From a virus (taxonomy: Duplodnaviria; Caudoviricetes): a stretch of DNA of 48,197 nucleotides. Location: positions 1 to 48,197 of the IMG/VR virus record IMGVR_UViG_3300044630_000989. One strand, given 5' to 3'. The position numbers and the translations under genes are program-made. How positions within the stretch are numbered: the stretch's first letter is position 1; each line of letters opens with the position of its first letter. This document shows positions 25,691-33,723 of this stretch, piece after piece. Under the pieces are notes generated by a model, which did no database searches, was not told the origin of the DNA, and saw nothing but the letters and a program-made list of their open reading frames with translations.

Positions 25691-27118
25691 CTACTCCAAA
25701 TCGCCGTCTAGCGGTTCCTGTCCTTCTGGAATTTCAAGTTCTTCTTCCAGAGATGGTGGTGCATCAAATCCTGGAGCAGCAGCGCCTTCAGCACCAGGCA
25801 TTGCTGGAGCGCCGTAGGCTTCCTGTGCATCCTGGTCGGCAGGTGGTAGACCAGCCAAATCGCGTAAGTAATCTTCCAACTTAGGGTCTGGCATAAGTAC
25901 ACCAGCGGTTGCCAACTTAGAAATATAGTCTGCGATCTCGGTCAAATCAATGTGGCTTACTTCTCCGTAGGTTAAGAATGGGGCGCGTGAGACATCCATT
26001 CCATTAAGTTTCATAAGGCGAGGAATTGCATATTGATTGAATACCTCAGCGATATTTTTAGCGATTGAATCAACTGACATTGACCATAAATCCATCTTTG
26101 ATGAACCTAGAGCGTATGAACCTACGCGATCAGAGCCAAGAAGGATAAAGTCCGAAAGGATTGACATAGACATACGCTGGTCATAGCGCTGAACAATCTT
26201 GTCTGTATCAAATTGGCGCGAGCCACCTGATGATAAGAGAACTAGATCGAACTGCTTGTGTCCTGCATCATCGTAAAGTGTTGGGAATACAACACCCTCT
26301 TGCTCATTGCGCTTGATAGATGTAACAATGTTTTGAACTGTTGAAAGGACATTGGCTTGCTCGGCTGTAGCCGCACTTGATAGATACTCAGGTGGTACAT
26401 AAGCAACTGGCAATCCTGCTAGATCGCGTTCAATACCGACTGCTTCGATTTCTTCGATACGGCGCTTGAAGAACCAAGGGCGATATGCGTTACGAAGGAT
26501 TGAGCGACCCTCTGGGTTATTTTTAGCCGTAGTGGTACGGAATAGCAAAGCCTTCTCGATAGGGATGATGTGAGTGCCGCCTGATGATGGGTCGGTCTGC
26601 TCCATCGCTTGAATTCCACCGCTCTCATCAATCTGCCAACGGAATAAAGTTTCCTGGGAACGGATAGGCAACTTACGCCATCCAATTTTGTTATCTGTGT
26701 GCTTAGAACGCTTAGATGGGTCTTTTGCCTCTGGACCTGTACGGACTTTGTAAACAATTTCATTGTAAGAGAAACCGTAGACGAGCATTGAAAGAATCTG
26801 AGAAAGTGTTTGGTCCCAAGAATCAGACATATCGTGTAAACAAGAATCTATAAACGCCGCTACTTCTTCATCTTCTGGACTTATTTCGCCATCTGCTGAA
26901 TTATCTGAATATGGGTCTACGCGCCACTCAAGTCGTGTAATAACTTTCTCAATCGCATAAAGCATTGAACCGATTGTTGGGTCATTGTCTGCCATCTCTC
27001 GGTAAACACGGAATCCGCGAAGTCCACGGAGATTAACAAGGAATTCTTCATAGACCGTTCCACCAGAACGGCGTAAACCCGTAGAGCCGAGTTCCTGTAA
27101 ATCTGGCTTTTCTGCCAT
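25691..27118 (-). CDS. Portal protein (Mu gp29/DUF935-like)
   Basis: 475 aa; NPEGRSILRNAYRPW, GIERDLAGLP, GSYALG, IPRLMKLN. Confidence 0.9.
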   Translation of the reverse strand: MAEKPDLQELGSTGLRRSGGTVYEEFLVNLRGLRGFRVYREMADNDPTIGSMLYAIEKVITRLEWRVDPYSDNSADGEISPEDEEVAAFIDSCLHDMSDSWDQTLSQILSMLVYGFSYNEIVYKVRTGPEAKDPSKRSKHTDNKIGWRKLPIRSQETLFRWQIDESGGIQAMEQTDPSSGGTHIIPIEKALLFRTTTAKNNPEGRSILRNAYRPWFFKRRIEEIEAVGIERDLAGLPVAYVPPEYLSSAATAEQANVLSTVQNIVTSIKRNEQEGVVFPTLYDDAGHKQFDLVLLSSGGSRQFDTDKIVQRYDQRMSMSILSDFILLGSDRVGSYALGSSKMDLWSMSVDSIAKNIAEVFNQYAIPRLMKLNGMDVSRAPFLTYGEVSHIDLTEIADYISKLATAGVLMPDPKLEDYLRDLAGLPPADQDAQEAYGAPAMPGAEGAAAPGFDAPPSLEEELEIPEGQEPLDGDLE

Positions 27119-27127
27119 TGTTTCCCT

Positions 27128-27286
27128 CTACTCTTTAGATGCTAGTCCGACAAGAATTTTGATCGCCTGTTCTTCATTGAACCCTGCGCCTTGCAACTCC
27201 AAGAATAATTCATGGGTTTGCACCGCGAAGGCTCCAAGAACGGACAAGACTCCACCACCATTTAGGTCAGAGTAGTCGTGTTCCAC
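27128..27286 (-). CDS. Small hypothetical protein (52 aa)
   Basis: GTG start after TAAAAT-6nt; HELFLELQGAGFNEEQAIKIL motif. Confidence 0.6.
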   Translation of the reverse strand: MEHDYSDLNGGGVLSVLGAFAVQTHELFLELQGAGFNEEQAIKILVGLASKE

Positions 27287-27318
27287 CCAATGATTTTAGC
27301 ATCAAGTGAATTTTGTAC

Positions 27319-27618
27319 TTATTCTCCGTCTAGGACAAATTCCTTGCAGTTCATACGCATAGTAGTGATTTCTTTTGCAAAGATGCGAGCCATGTCCTTT
27401 GTACCCGCTTGAGCGTACATACGATGTTCTGTCTGAACGCCAAGTGAGTCAAATGAACGAAACGAAATCTTAAAAGGCAACTCATGGGTTGTCTCCGTCA
27501 ATTCAATTTCTACATAATCGCGTACATCAATCTTATGAGATATGAACGGTCTGCCAGATTCGGATACAACAACTTTAGCGCCAGGAATGGTGCTGACGAA
27601 GTAATCAGTCCAAGCCAC
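27319..27618 (-). CDS. Hypothetical protein
   Basis: 99 aa with RBS AAGGGG. Confidence 0.55.
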   Translation of the reverse strand: MAWTDYFVSTIPGAKVVVSESGRPFISHKIDVRDYVEIELTETTHELPFKISFRSFDSLGVQTEHRMYAQAGTKDMARIFAKEITTMRMNCKEFVLDGE

Positions 27619-27670
27619 GATTTTCCCCTTTCGTAAGGAAATTATTAACCCCTAGCATACTATAAGGTGG

Positions 27671-28108
27671 TTAGAAAGGGGCAGCCGAATCTGAGCCGAA
27701 TGGAACGCTCCACGGGTCAGGAGTGCTAGGTGGATTGAATGAATTATCTGTGCGCTGGACAACGCTCGCTGTGGTCACATGGCGCTTGAGATCAATGCCA
27801 ACATTCCAGGCTGTAACGGCAATCTTTGAGCGCTTAGCCCCTGTTGCCTTATCGTCCCAATTCTCTTGAACTGCCGCACCTACCACGATGACGGACATTC
27901 CCTTTTGGACCGAATCGGCTACATTCTCTGCGGTCTTACCCCAACACTTAATATCCCAAAATGTTGTATCGGTATTTTCCCATGAGCCATCGGCTTGCTT
28001 AACTGATTTTGATGATACGACCGTGAAGGTTGCGATGGCTTTTCCGCTAGGGATTACACGCAACTCTGGGTCGGCTACTACATTTCCCGTGATCGTTAAT
28101 TGAGTCAT
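27671..28108 (-). CDS. ssb: Single-stranded DNA-binding protein
   Basis: ITGNVVADPELR, WGKTAENVADS..KG and acidic C-terminal DPW...APF (actinobacterial type). Confidence 0.95.
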   Translation of the reverse strand: MTQLTITGNVVADPELRVIPSGKAIATFTVVSSKSVKQADGSWENTDTTFWDIKCWGKTAENVADSVQKGMSVIVVGAAVQENWDDKATGAKRSKIAVTAWNVGIDLKRHVTTASVVQRTDNSFNPPSTPDPWSVPFGSDSAAPF

Positions 28109-28111
28109 TTG

Positions 28112-28402
28112 TCATTTTCCTTTGTTTATAGGTATCGGGATGATATTTAGTTTTTTTCTTATGCTTTGTCTTTCTCTGGTAGAGGTTCCTCCCCAGGTTC
28201 CAACTACTAAGTAATGTAACGCGTAGGTCAGACATTCCTGTTTCCATTGACATCCATTACACATTGCTTTTACTTTTTTATTCTCCTCTGTGACTTTATT
28301 TTGATCTGGAAAATAAAACTCCGTGTCAATCTGTGAGCAAATCGCTCCTTCGAACTGCCAAGGTTTCAACACTAATAAATACTTCTTTCTCCTCATTGAC
28401 AA
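28112..28402 (-). CDS. whiB: WhiB family transcription factor (start uncertain)
   Basis: C-x-D.EFYFP...CNGC.WK.EC..YAL...GTWGG...ER. Confidence 0.9.
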   Translation of the reverse strand: MSMRRKKYLLVLKPWQFEGAICSQIDTEFYFPDQNKVTEENKKVKAMCNGCQWKQECLTYALHYLVVGTWGGTSTRERQSIRKKLNIIPIPINKGK

Positions 28403-28646
28403 TCAACGGATGCGGGGAATTAGGAGATAACCTAGCCAATAAGTTGCCATTGCGCCATATTTTTCCTGCGGCAATTCCATCATAATTAGAACTCTCAGGC
28501 TTTACTAGAGAATCACATTCGTTCCAGAATTTACAGTTGCGGCAATACTGCAATCCTGGCTGCGCTAAATCTAATTGGAACTGGTCAAAGAGCCACGGGT
28601 CTGAATTGCGACACGGGGCGTTATCCAAAAACTCCAGTAAACTCAT
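28326..28646 (-). CDS. Divergent WhiB-like protein
   Basis: APCRNSDPWLF...YCRNC.FW.EC...DGIAAG: four Cys in WhiB spacing with a degenerate G[VI]WGG. Confidence 0.7.
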   Translation of the reverse strand: MSLLEFLDNAPCRNSDPWLFDQFQLDLAQPGLQYCRNCKFWNECDSLVKPESSNYDGIAAGKIWRNGNLLARLSPNSPHPLIVNEEKEVFISVETLAVRRSDLLTD

Positions 28647-28722
28647 AAATAAATAATAGGGTTAGATAATCTAATTATCTGTGATTTGACTCTCTTGGCG
28701 TGTCGCTAATTCGCCGTATCTT

Positions 28723-29013
28723 TCAATTAGAAGTTTCTGGAGAAGTTCCAGTCTCTCCTTCTCCGTCATCGTCATCGTCATACAGGTTGTCCTCTCCCCA
28801 TGTTTCTAGCGCGTGATGGAGCAATCCTTTTTGTCGCCAATCAGGTTGCTGATCATCTGCAAAAGTAGTTGTCCAATAACCTTCCGAGGTTCCATCGGTC
28901 CATTCCGCTACCAAGACCCAGCCAGTACAAATGGCTGGGTCAAGGAAAGCAATCCTGGCTATTTCTGCCAGAGCGTTATCTATCGCGGAAGGCTTTTTTT
29001 GTTCTTCATCCAT
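28723..29013 (-). CDS. Hypothetical protein
   Basis: TGWVLVAEW...PDWRQKGLL; leaderless start. Confidence 0.55.
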   Translation of the reverse strand: MDEEQKKPSAIDNALAEIARIAFLDPAICTGWVLVAEWTDGTSEGYWTTTFADDQQPDWRQKGLLHHALETWGEDNLYDDDDDGEGETGTSPETSN

Positions 29014-29022
29014 CCCTGAACT

Positions 29023-29487
29023 CTAGTACCAGAAATTCCGATGCCAGAAGGAATCAGCGTTGCATGGCGTGTCGTAGCGCGATTCAATATAGAGAAATCC
29101 TCTTTCAATCTGTCGCTCAACCGTAGTATCTGGGTCAAGTCCTAGAATCTGGGGAATTCCACCTGCATGAAGGCGCTCGCCATTTTGGTAAACGGGTTGT
29201 TTATTGTAGGCATCTGGTCGCCAATTTGATTCGCCAGTCCATAGATCAACGAGACAAGCCCATTGCTTAGGTGTATCCCAGCCGAATTTATCTAGTTGGG
29301 TTTTGGCGTATGCCTTAGCCGCCTCTGGTGTTCTTTCAACCAGAACGGGTTTAGGCGGTGCAACTATTACTTCAACTGCTGATGCCGCTGGGTCTTTGGG
29401 CATCTGAAGTGGATTAGTTGTAATCAGTAGTGCGCTGATTAGCGCGATGTGAATAGGTTTTAATTTAACGGTTTCATAGAATCGCAT
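29023..29487 (-). CDS. Secreted lytic transglycosylase (SLT/lysozyme-like)
   Basis: N-terminal hydrophobic segment; QWACLVDLWTGESNW (catalytic Glu), GIPQ, QI..G..YI..RY..PC.A. Confidence 0.85.
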   Translation of the reverse strand: MRFYETVKLKPIHIALISALLITTNPLQMPKDPAASAVEVIVAPPKPVLVERTPEAAKAYAKTQLDKFGWDTPKQWACLVDLWTGESNWRPDAYNKQPVYQNGERLHAGGIPQILGLDPDTTVERQIERGFLYIESRYDTPCNADSFWHRNFWY

Positions 29488-29644
29488 AATCCTCCATAGT
29501 TCGGAGCGAACGATTCATCGTTACTGGATGTAACGGGTCATTGTTGTCAGTATCGGACTGACCTCGCTTTTGAGGTGTAGGTGTTTTGCGAACCTGCATT
29601 AAAGGTAGCAGACAAAAGTGAATTTAGTAAACAAGTGGGGTAAT

Positions 29645-29852
29645 AAATAAAAGGCGTTCGGTGGGGGAGCCAACACAATGCGAGCCTATGAGAGAGGTAA
29701 GACAGCATCGGGCAATCTACCCCACCGAACTTGGGTACCCGAGAAATAGGGTACACCAATCGGGTATAGAACACCCGCTGGGGAGGAAAGGCGGCTCGCC
29801 CAGCGGGTGCTATTCGCCAACCAGCAGCCCTCCACGGAACTGATTGGTGAAT
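29645..29852 (-). ncRNA. Candidate structured non-coding RNA (four tandem hairpins) ending in a terminator
   Basis: Stems 29656-29666/29720-29730, 29731-29740/29749-29759, 29772-29782/29799-29809 and 29812-29824/29840-29852; U-rich tail on the minus strand. Confidence 0.55.
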
Positions 29853-29857
29853 TCTGT

Positions 29858-30268
29858 TTAGTCTATTCGTGAATCCACATAAGCGTTGATGCCGTAACTT
29901 TGGAGAACTTTTACTGCTCCCGCTGCTGCTGCACACGCTCTTTCGTAACTTTGATCACGGCGGATACTTGGTGCGAACTCCCAAGAACTAACAGCGTAAC
30001 CGCCGTAGTAATGGGCTGAACCAATTCCGCGCTTCTTCAATTCAGCGACAAGTTTTCCTCGCGCTGGCTTGATCACTACTGAAGCGAAACCGCATACTCC
30101 ACCTTCAATGAAGTATGTTGGCTTTGATTCATCAATCTCATTGCTGAGACCGATTGCTTCGCCAACAATTATCGGTCTTGGCTGGCAAGCGCGAACTGCC
30201 GCTTCTGCCGCTTCTGATGCTTCGACAAGAATGTCGTAAGCCGTTGGTGGCGTAAATACTGTTGTCAT
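29858..30268 (-). CDS. Hypothetical early protein
   Basis: Start moved to ATG 30268 behind RBS GAGAGAGG; GVCGFA and QSYERA..A motifs. Confidence 0.65.
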   Translation of the reverse strand: MTTVFTPPTAYDILVEASEAAEAAVRACQPRPIIVGEAIGLSNEIDESKPTYFIEGGVCGFASVVIKPARGKLVAELKKRGIGSAHYYGGYAVSSWEFAPSIRRDQSYERACAAAAGAVKVLQSYGINAYVDSRID

Positions 30269-30297
30269 TTCGTACCCTCTCTCTTGGTTGCAACGAA

Positions 30298-30326
30298 AGT
30301 ATATCTTACTGGGGTTGGTTATGCAA
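30298..30326 (-). promoter_or_regulatory. SigA-type promoter with AACCCCAGT box in the spacer
   Basis: TTGCAT-17bp-TATACT. Confidence 0.7.
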
Positions 30327-30724
30327 CTTCTGAGCATTACGCTCATCGGCGAGTCGCTGGAGCGCCTTCTCTTGCTCCTCGCGCCTAATACGGCGTAGGG
30401 AGGCTTCAGAGACCCGTAGAGGCTCTTTGAACTTAGTCCAGGATGCGATCAACATTAGAACCACTTCTCGCTCTCTATTGACCCCACAATGCCGAAAACG
30501 GCGAAGATGAGCAGGAATACCCCGAGAGCATCCAGCCACTCTGAGACCTTGTAGCCACGCGCTGTAACGCGACCACCTTGCTTTTCCAGGTACTTAGCCA
30601 ACATTCTTTCTCTCCTCTCGAACTAACCCAAGCGCAACAAGTGAGGCATCTGCCTCGCATCGAAAGCAATATGGCTTGCTTTTAATGAAGGTAATTCTGA
30701 ACTCTGACCCGCAGGTATAGCATT

Positions 30725-31378
30725 TCATTTTTTCCCCTCCCATATAATTTCTGTCTCGCCGCGGACTGTAAGTAGTGCCACGATCTCTGACTTTGGAATC
30801 TTTCTCTCCAAGATGATTCCTTTCTTGCCAAAACGATTGGCAAAAAATTCCGCTTTGGATTTATCTAGTGTCCAAGATAATCCGTTCTCGTTTAATCCTT
30901 TTTGGCAACCTCTATAAATAGTTACTTCATCAGGAAGCGAGCGCAAGGCTTGGCGATCTTCGTCATTCATCATGTCGTGGCGATCGCCGCGGTCAGAGGC
31001 TAATAACTTTTTCCAATCCTTGAGATAGGCATACTGGTTTTCTGTATCTACCCAAATCTGGGTAAGTAATTGCCAGTAAGTAGCATCGCCTAATTGCTTT
31101 TGAATATCTTTGAAGGCTGCAACCCTGTATGGGCGCTCATGTAAAAATACATATTCGCTCCACTTCCAAGAACCAACCGCTTCTTTAAGCGCTTTTAATT
31201 TTTGGGCGTATTGAGCATTGGCGCTACCGTTGGAACGAAATGGCACCTGATAAACAAGCGGGTGGCGCAACATTTCCCATTCGCCTCTACTTGTTTCTAA
31301 GTATGGAAGCAGGTCAGGGTGAAGCGGCTCGCTATGTTCAGCGACCACCTGAGCCATTAGTTCTTCTACTTGGTTCAT
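30725..31378 (-). CDS. Hypothetical protein with ART-like C-terminal domain
   Basis: TIYRG...GLSWT...AEFFA...GETEII resembles an R-S-E pattern. Confidence 0.55.
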   Translation of the reverse strand: MNQVEELMAQVVAEHSEPLHPDLLPYLETSRGEWEMLRHPLVYQVPFRSNGSANAQYAQKLKALKEAVGSWKWSEYVFLHERPYRVAAFKDIQKQLGDATYWQLLTQIWVDTENQYAYLKDWKKLLASDRGDRHDMMNDEDRQALRSLPDEVTIYRGCQKGLNENGLSWTLDKSKAEFFANRFGKKGIILERKIPKSEIVALLTVRGETEIIWEGKK

Positions 31379-32223
31379 CGGTTCCCCCTTTTCTTGTACT
31401 TATCTTGCAGTATTTTCAACTGCTGGTCAAATGAAATGCCATGCTTCTCAGCAAGACTTTTGCAGATGATGTCTGCCTTATCTTGAGCCTTGAGAATCAA
31501 ATCCTTTTGGTGCTGGATTGATTCCTCTGTGTGAGGCTCTCCGTTGTAGTAATGAGTGACAACCTCGCTAGTGATTCTGTACTGAAGGTTATTCCACTCA
31601 GAAACGGCTGTGCGCTCTGTGCGGATGACCTCTGTGTACTTTCCATCCTTGAAGTAAAGGAAGTCGCCTGATGCTGTTGGAGCATCTGCCTTTTCCTTAG
31701 CCAACTTTGCTTCGCGCTTTGCATCACGCTCTGCCTTGGCTTGAGCCTTAGCGATCTTGTCGGCTGTGACAATTCGTGATGGGCGGTTCAAAGTTTCTGC
31801 TGGAGCAGATGGATAACAAATTGTGCAAGCATCCTTACCAGCATCATCAACGATCGTTGCTTCATCATCATTGCTGTACTGAATTAACCATTGGTAACGA
31901 GTGGTTGGGAAACAGGTGTTGCAATCCATTGAACTGTGAACATGACCATTGCTGGCAAGAACTAGGAAAGCGCGTGTCCAAGGGTCCTGGTTGTAAATTG
32001 CATTTAATTTACGAATCTCGTCATAGACCGCTGAAAGTTCATTTTTCAAAACGGCAATCTCGCCTTCGTACTTTGCGATTTCTTCAGTACGGGCTGGGTA
32101 ATGCTTTTGATAGAACTCTAGGGAATCAGCGGCGCTATCAATCTGATCGAGAATAATCCAGCGCTGACCGTGATACTGAGATAACTCAGTATCAATCTTG
32201 ACTGCAAACTCTTTGGTAACCAC
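31375..32223 (-). CDS. Hypothetical protein (coiled-coil plus H/C metal-binding motif)
   Basis: GHVHSSMDCNTC...CTICYPSAP; RBS and promoter upstream. Confidence 0.6.
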   Translation of the reverse strand: MVTKEFAVKIDTELSQYHGQRWIILDQIDSAADSLEFYQKHYPARTEEIAKYEGEIAVLKNELSAVYDEIRKLNAIYNQDPWTRAFLVLASNGHVHSSMDCNTCFPTTRYQWLIQYSNDDEATIVDDAGKDACTICYPSAPAETLNRPSRIVTADKIAKAQAKAERDAKREAKLAKEKADAPTASGDFLYFKDGKYTEVIRTERTAVSEWNNLQYRITSEVVTHYYNGEPHTEESIQHQKDLILKAQDKADIICKSLAEKHGISFDQQLKILQDKYKKRGNR

Positions 32224-32250
32224 CTTGGCTCCCCTCTCTTTGATAACTCC

Positions 32251-32279
32251 AGTTTACACTAGGGGGGTTAGATATGCAA
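32251..32279 (-). promoter_or_regulatory. SigA-type promoter (leftward of a divergent pair)
   Basis: TTGCAT-17bp-TAAACT. Confidence 0.7.
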
Positions 32280-32344
32280 CCTCATTCCATTACCCGATCA
32301 TCGGCGTGTCTGGGCTTATTTCAGCCCGAGCCTGAATCCTCGAT

Positions 32345-32373
32345 TTGTATATCTAACCCCAGTAGTGTATAAT
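32345..32373 (+). promoter_or_regulatory. SigA-type promoter (rightward of a divergent pair) with AACCCCAGT box
   Basis: TTGTAT-17bp-TATAAT. Confidence 0.75.
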
Positions 32374-32394
32374 CGGATATGAGAGGGGGCAGAT

Positions 32395-32520
32395 ATGAGA
32401 ATCGTCATCTGTTCTGAATGTGGCAAGGAATGGCAAGTCCGTGGCGGAATGGCTTTTGAAAGCCTTTGGCGACACATCAAGAGAGAACACAAAAAAGAAC
32501 AAATCCAAATCGCGGCGTAA
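32395..32520 (+). CDS. Small C2H2-type zinc finger protein (41 aa)
   Basis: MRIVICSECGKEWQVRGGMAFESLWRHIKREHKKEQIQIAA*; RBS GAGGGGG. Confidence 0.65.
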   Translation: MRIVICSECGKEWQVRGGMAFESLWRHIKREHKKEQIQIAA

Positions 32521-32528
32521 GGAGAGAT

Positions 32529-33317
32529 ATGCCTAAGAATAAAAATGATCAGACTCAGCGGCTCTATAAGGCTGAGAACTACATCGGACACATTCTTGAA
32601 AAGAAAGAAGTATGGACTCTGGAAGAATGTCAGAAATATGTGGACAAACTTCTCAAGAAGAAAAGAATCCAGGACAATTATCCGTGGGCGAAGAATCATA
32701 AAATCTTTGTGACCCACGGAGGTACGGGTCGAAGGATGGCTTATGCCACCTTTACCCACCGAGGCGCGACAATCAAATTACCGCCGTGGGCTAGAAATCA
32801 ATATGTCGTATTGCACGAAGTTGCTCACCATTTAGATTGTTTCGAGGATGGGCATACAGAAACTTTTGCCACAATCCTTTTGGATTTAGTGCGCCGCGAG
32901 ATGGGCAAGGAAAAGGCTGAACTCCTTCAGGCTTCTTATCACCTTCACTCGGTCAAAGTCCAAAGCGCCAAAAAGGCTGTGAAGGCTCGTTGCCCTCAAT
33001 CCAAAAAAGAATGGGTAGCCGAGCAACGCCAAACAAAGACTGAACGCAAATCTATTCGCCAAACTCAGAATGAAGAAAAAGAGCAATTCAAATTAAAGGT
33101 TGCCAACGGCGAAGAAATTAAATGCTGGTTCGAGAACTGTACTGGCTCAGCAAAAGGCGATGTTGCTTTAATCCGTTGGTCACGCGAGCGCGTTCAATTC
33201 CAATGGAACTGGACCTGCCCACGGTGCGAACGCGGTAGATGGGAATGGCAGAATCGTCAATACGATTTTGAGGAACACGGCATACTCACCGTCTCTCGAA
33301 ATGGTGTATGGCGTTAA
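32529..33317 (+). CDS. HEXXH zincin-like metallopeptidase
   Basis: LPPWAR..YVVLHEVAHH...GH...F; start moved to ATG 32529 behind AAGGAG. Confidence 0.75.
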   Translation: MPKNKNDQTQRLYKAENYIGHILEKKEVWTLEECQKYVDKLLKKKRIQDNYPWAKNHKIFVTHGGTGRRMAYATFTHRGATIKLPPWARNQYVVLHEVAHHLDCFEDGHTETFATILLDLVRREMGKEKAELLQASYHLHSVKVQSAKKAVKARCPQSKKEWVAEQRQTKTERKSIRQTQNEEKEQFKLKVANGEEIKCWFENCTGSAKGDVALIRWSRERVQFQWNWTCPRCERGRWEWQNRQYDFEEHGILTVSRNGVWR

Positions 33318-33553
33318 TCCTTTTTCTTATCTACCTTGCTGAAGGCTTCGTTGATCTCGGCTGTACTTAATTTGCCGTCATCCAGGAATGAGCGAGCCAG
33401 GGATTCAACCACGGTTGCAACTCCGAGCAAGCCAGCCATAAGTGCGGCGGTCAATGGCTCAAGCCCAAAGAGAGAGCCAGCGCCGATGACTGATAGACCA
33501 GATGCAGCGAATACTGAGAGGATTCGCATTACTACATTGTTTATATTTTTCAT
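33314..33553 (-). CDS. Small membrane protein
   Basis: Two hydrophobic segments; FLDDGKLS..EIN.AF. Confidence 0.65.
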   Translation of the reverse strand: MKNINNVVMRILSVFAASGLSVIGAGSLFGLEPLTAALMAGLLGVATVVESLARSFLDDGKLSTAEINEAFSKVDKKKD

Positions 33554-33723
33554 TCTTCATCCTTATTTCTGCGTAGTGGGTAAGTGAGAATCCAAATTAC
33601 GAGGCACCATAAAGTCGCATAGGCAACTGCCGATTTAGCAGACCCGTCAATGGTTACCCAGGCAATAAAAAATCCCAGCATGGTGAATAACTGACCTATT
33701 AAGTCATTGAAGAAGTTCTTCAT
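33550..33723 (-). CDS. Small membrane protein (57 aa)
   Basis: MKNFFNDLIGQLFTMLGFFIAWVTIDGSAKSAVAYATLWCLVIWILTYPLRRNKDEE*, coupled to both neighbours. Confidence 0.65.
   Translation of the reverse strand: MKNFFNDLIGQLFTMLGFFIAWVTIDGSAKSAVAYATLWCLVIWILTYPLRRNKDEE

Noticed and set aside
29645-29852. Possible tRNA or tmRNA
   Set aside because: No cloverleaf, TTCGA T-loop or CCA end could be identified by eye; tRNAscan/ARAGORN would settle it.
29547-29936. 129-aa minus and 60-aa plus ORFs over the hairpin region
   Set aside because: No RBS, atypical composition and overlap with real features; the region is better explained as non-coding structure.
33314-33723. Holin call for the two small membrane proteins
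   Set aside because: No adjacent endolysin, and they are coupled to the surface-protein gene; left as membrane proteins of unknown function.
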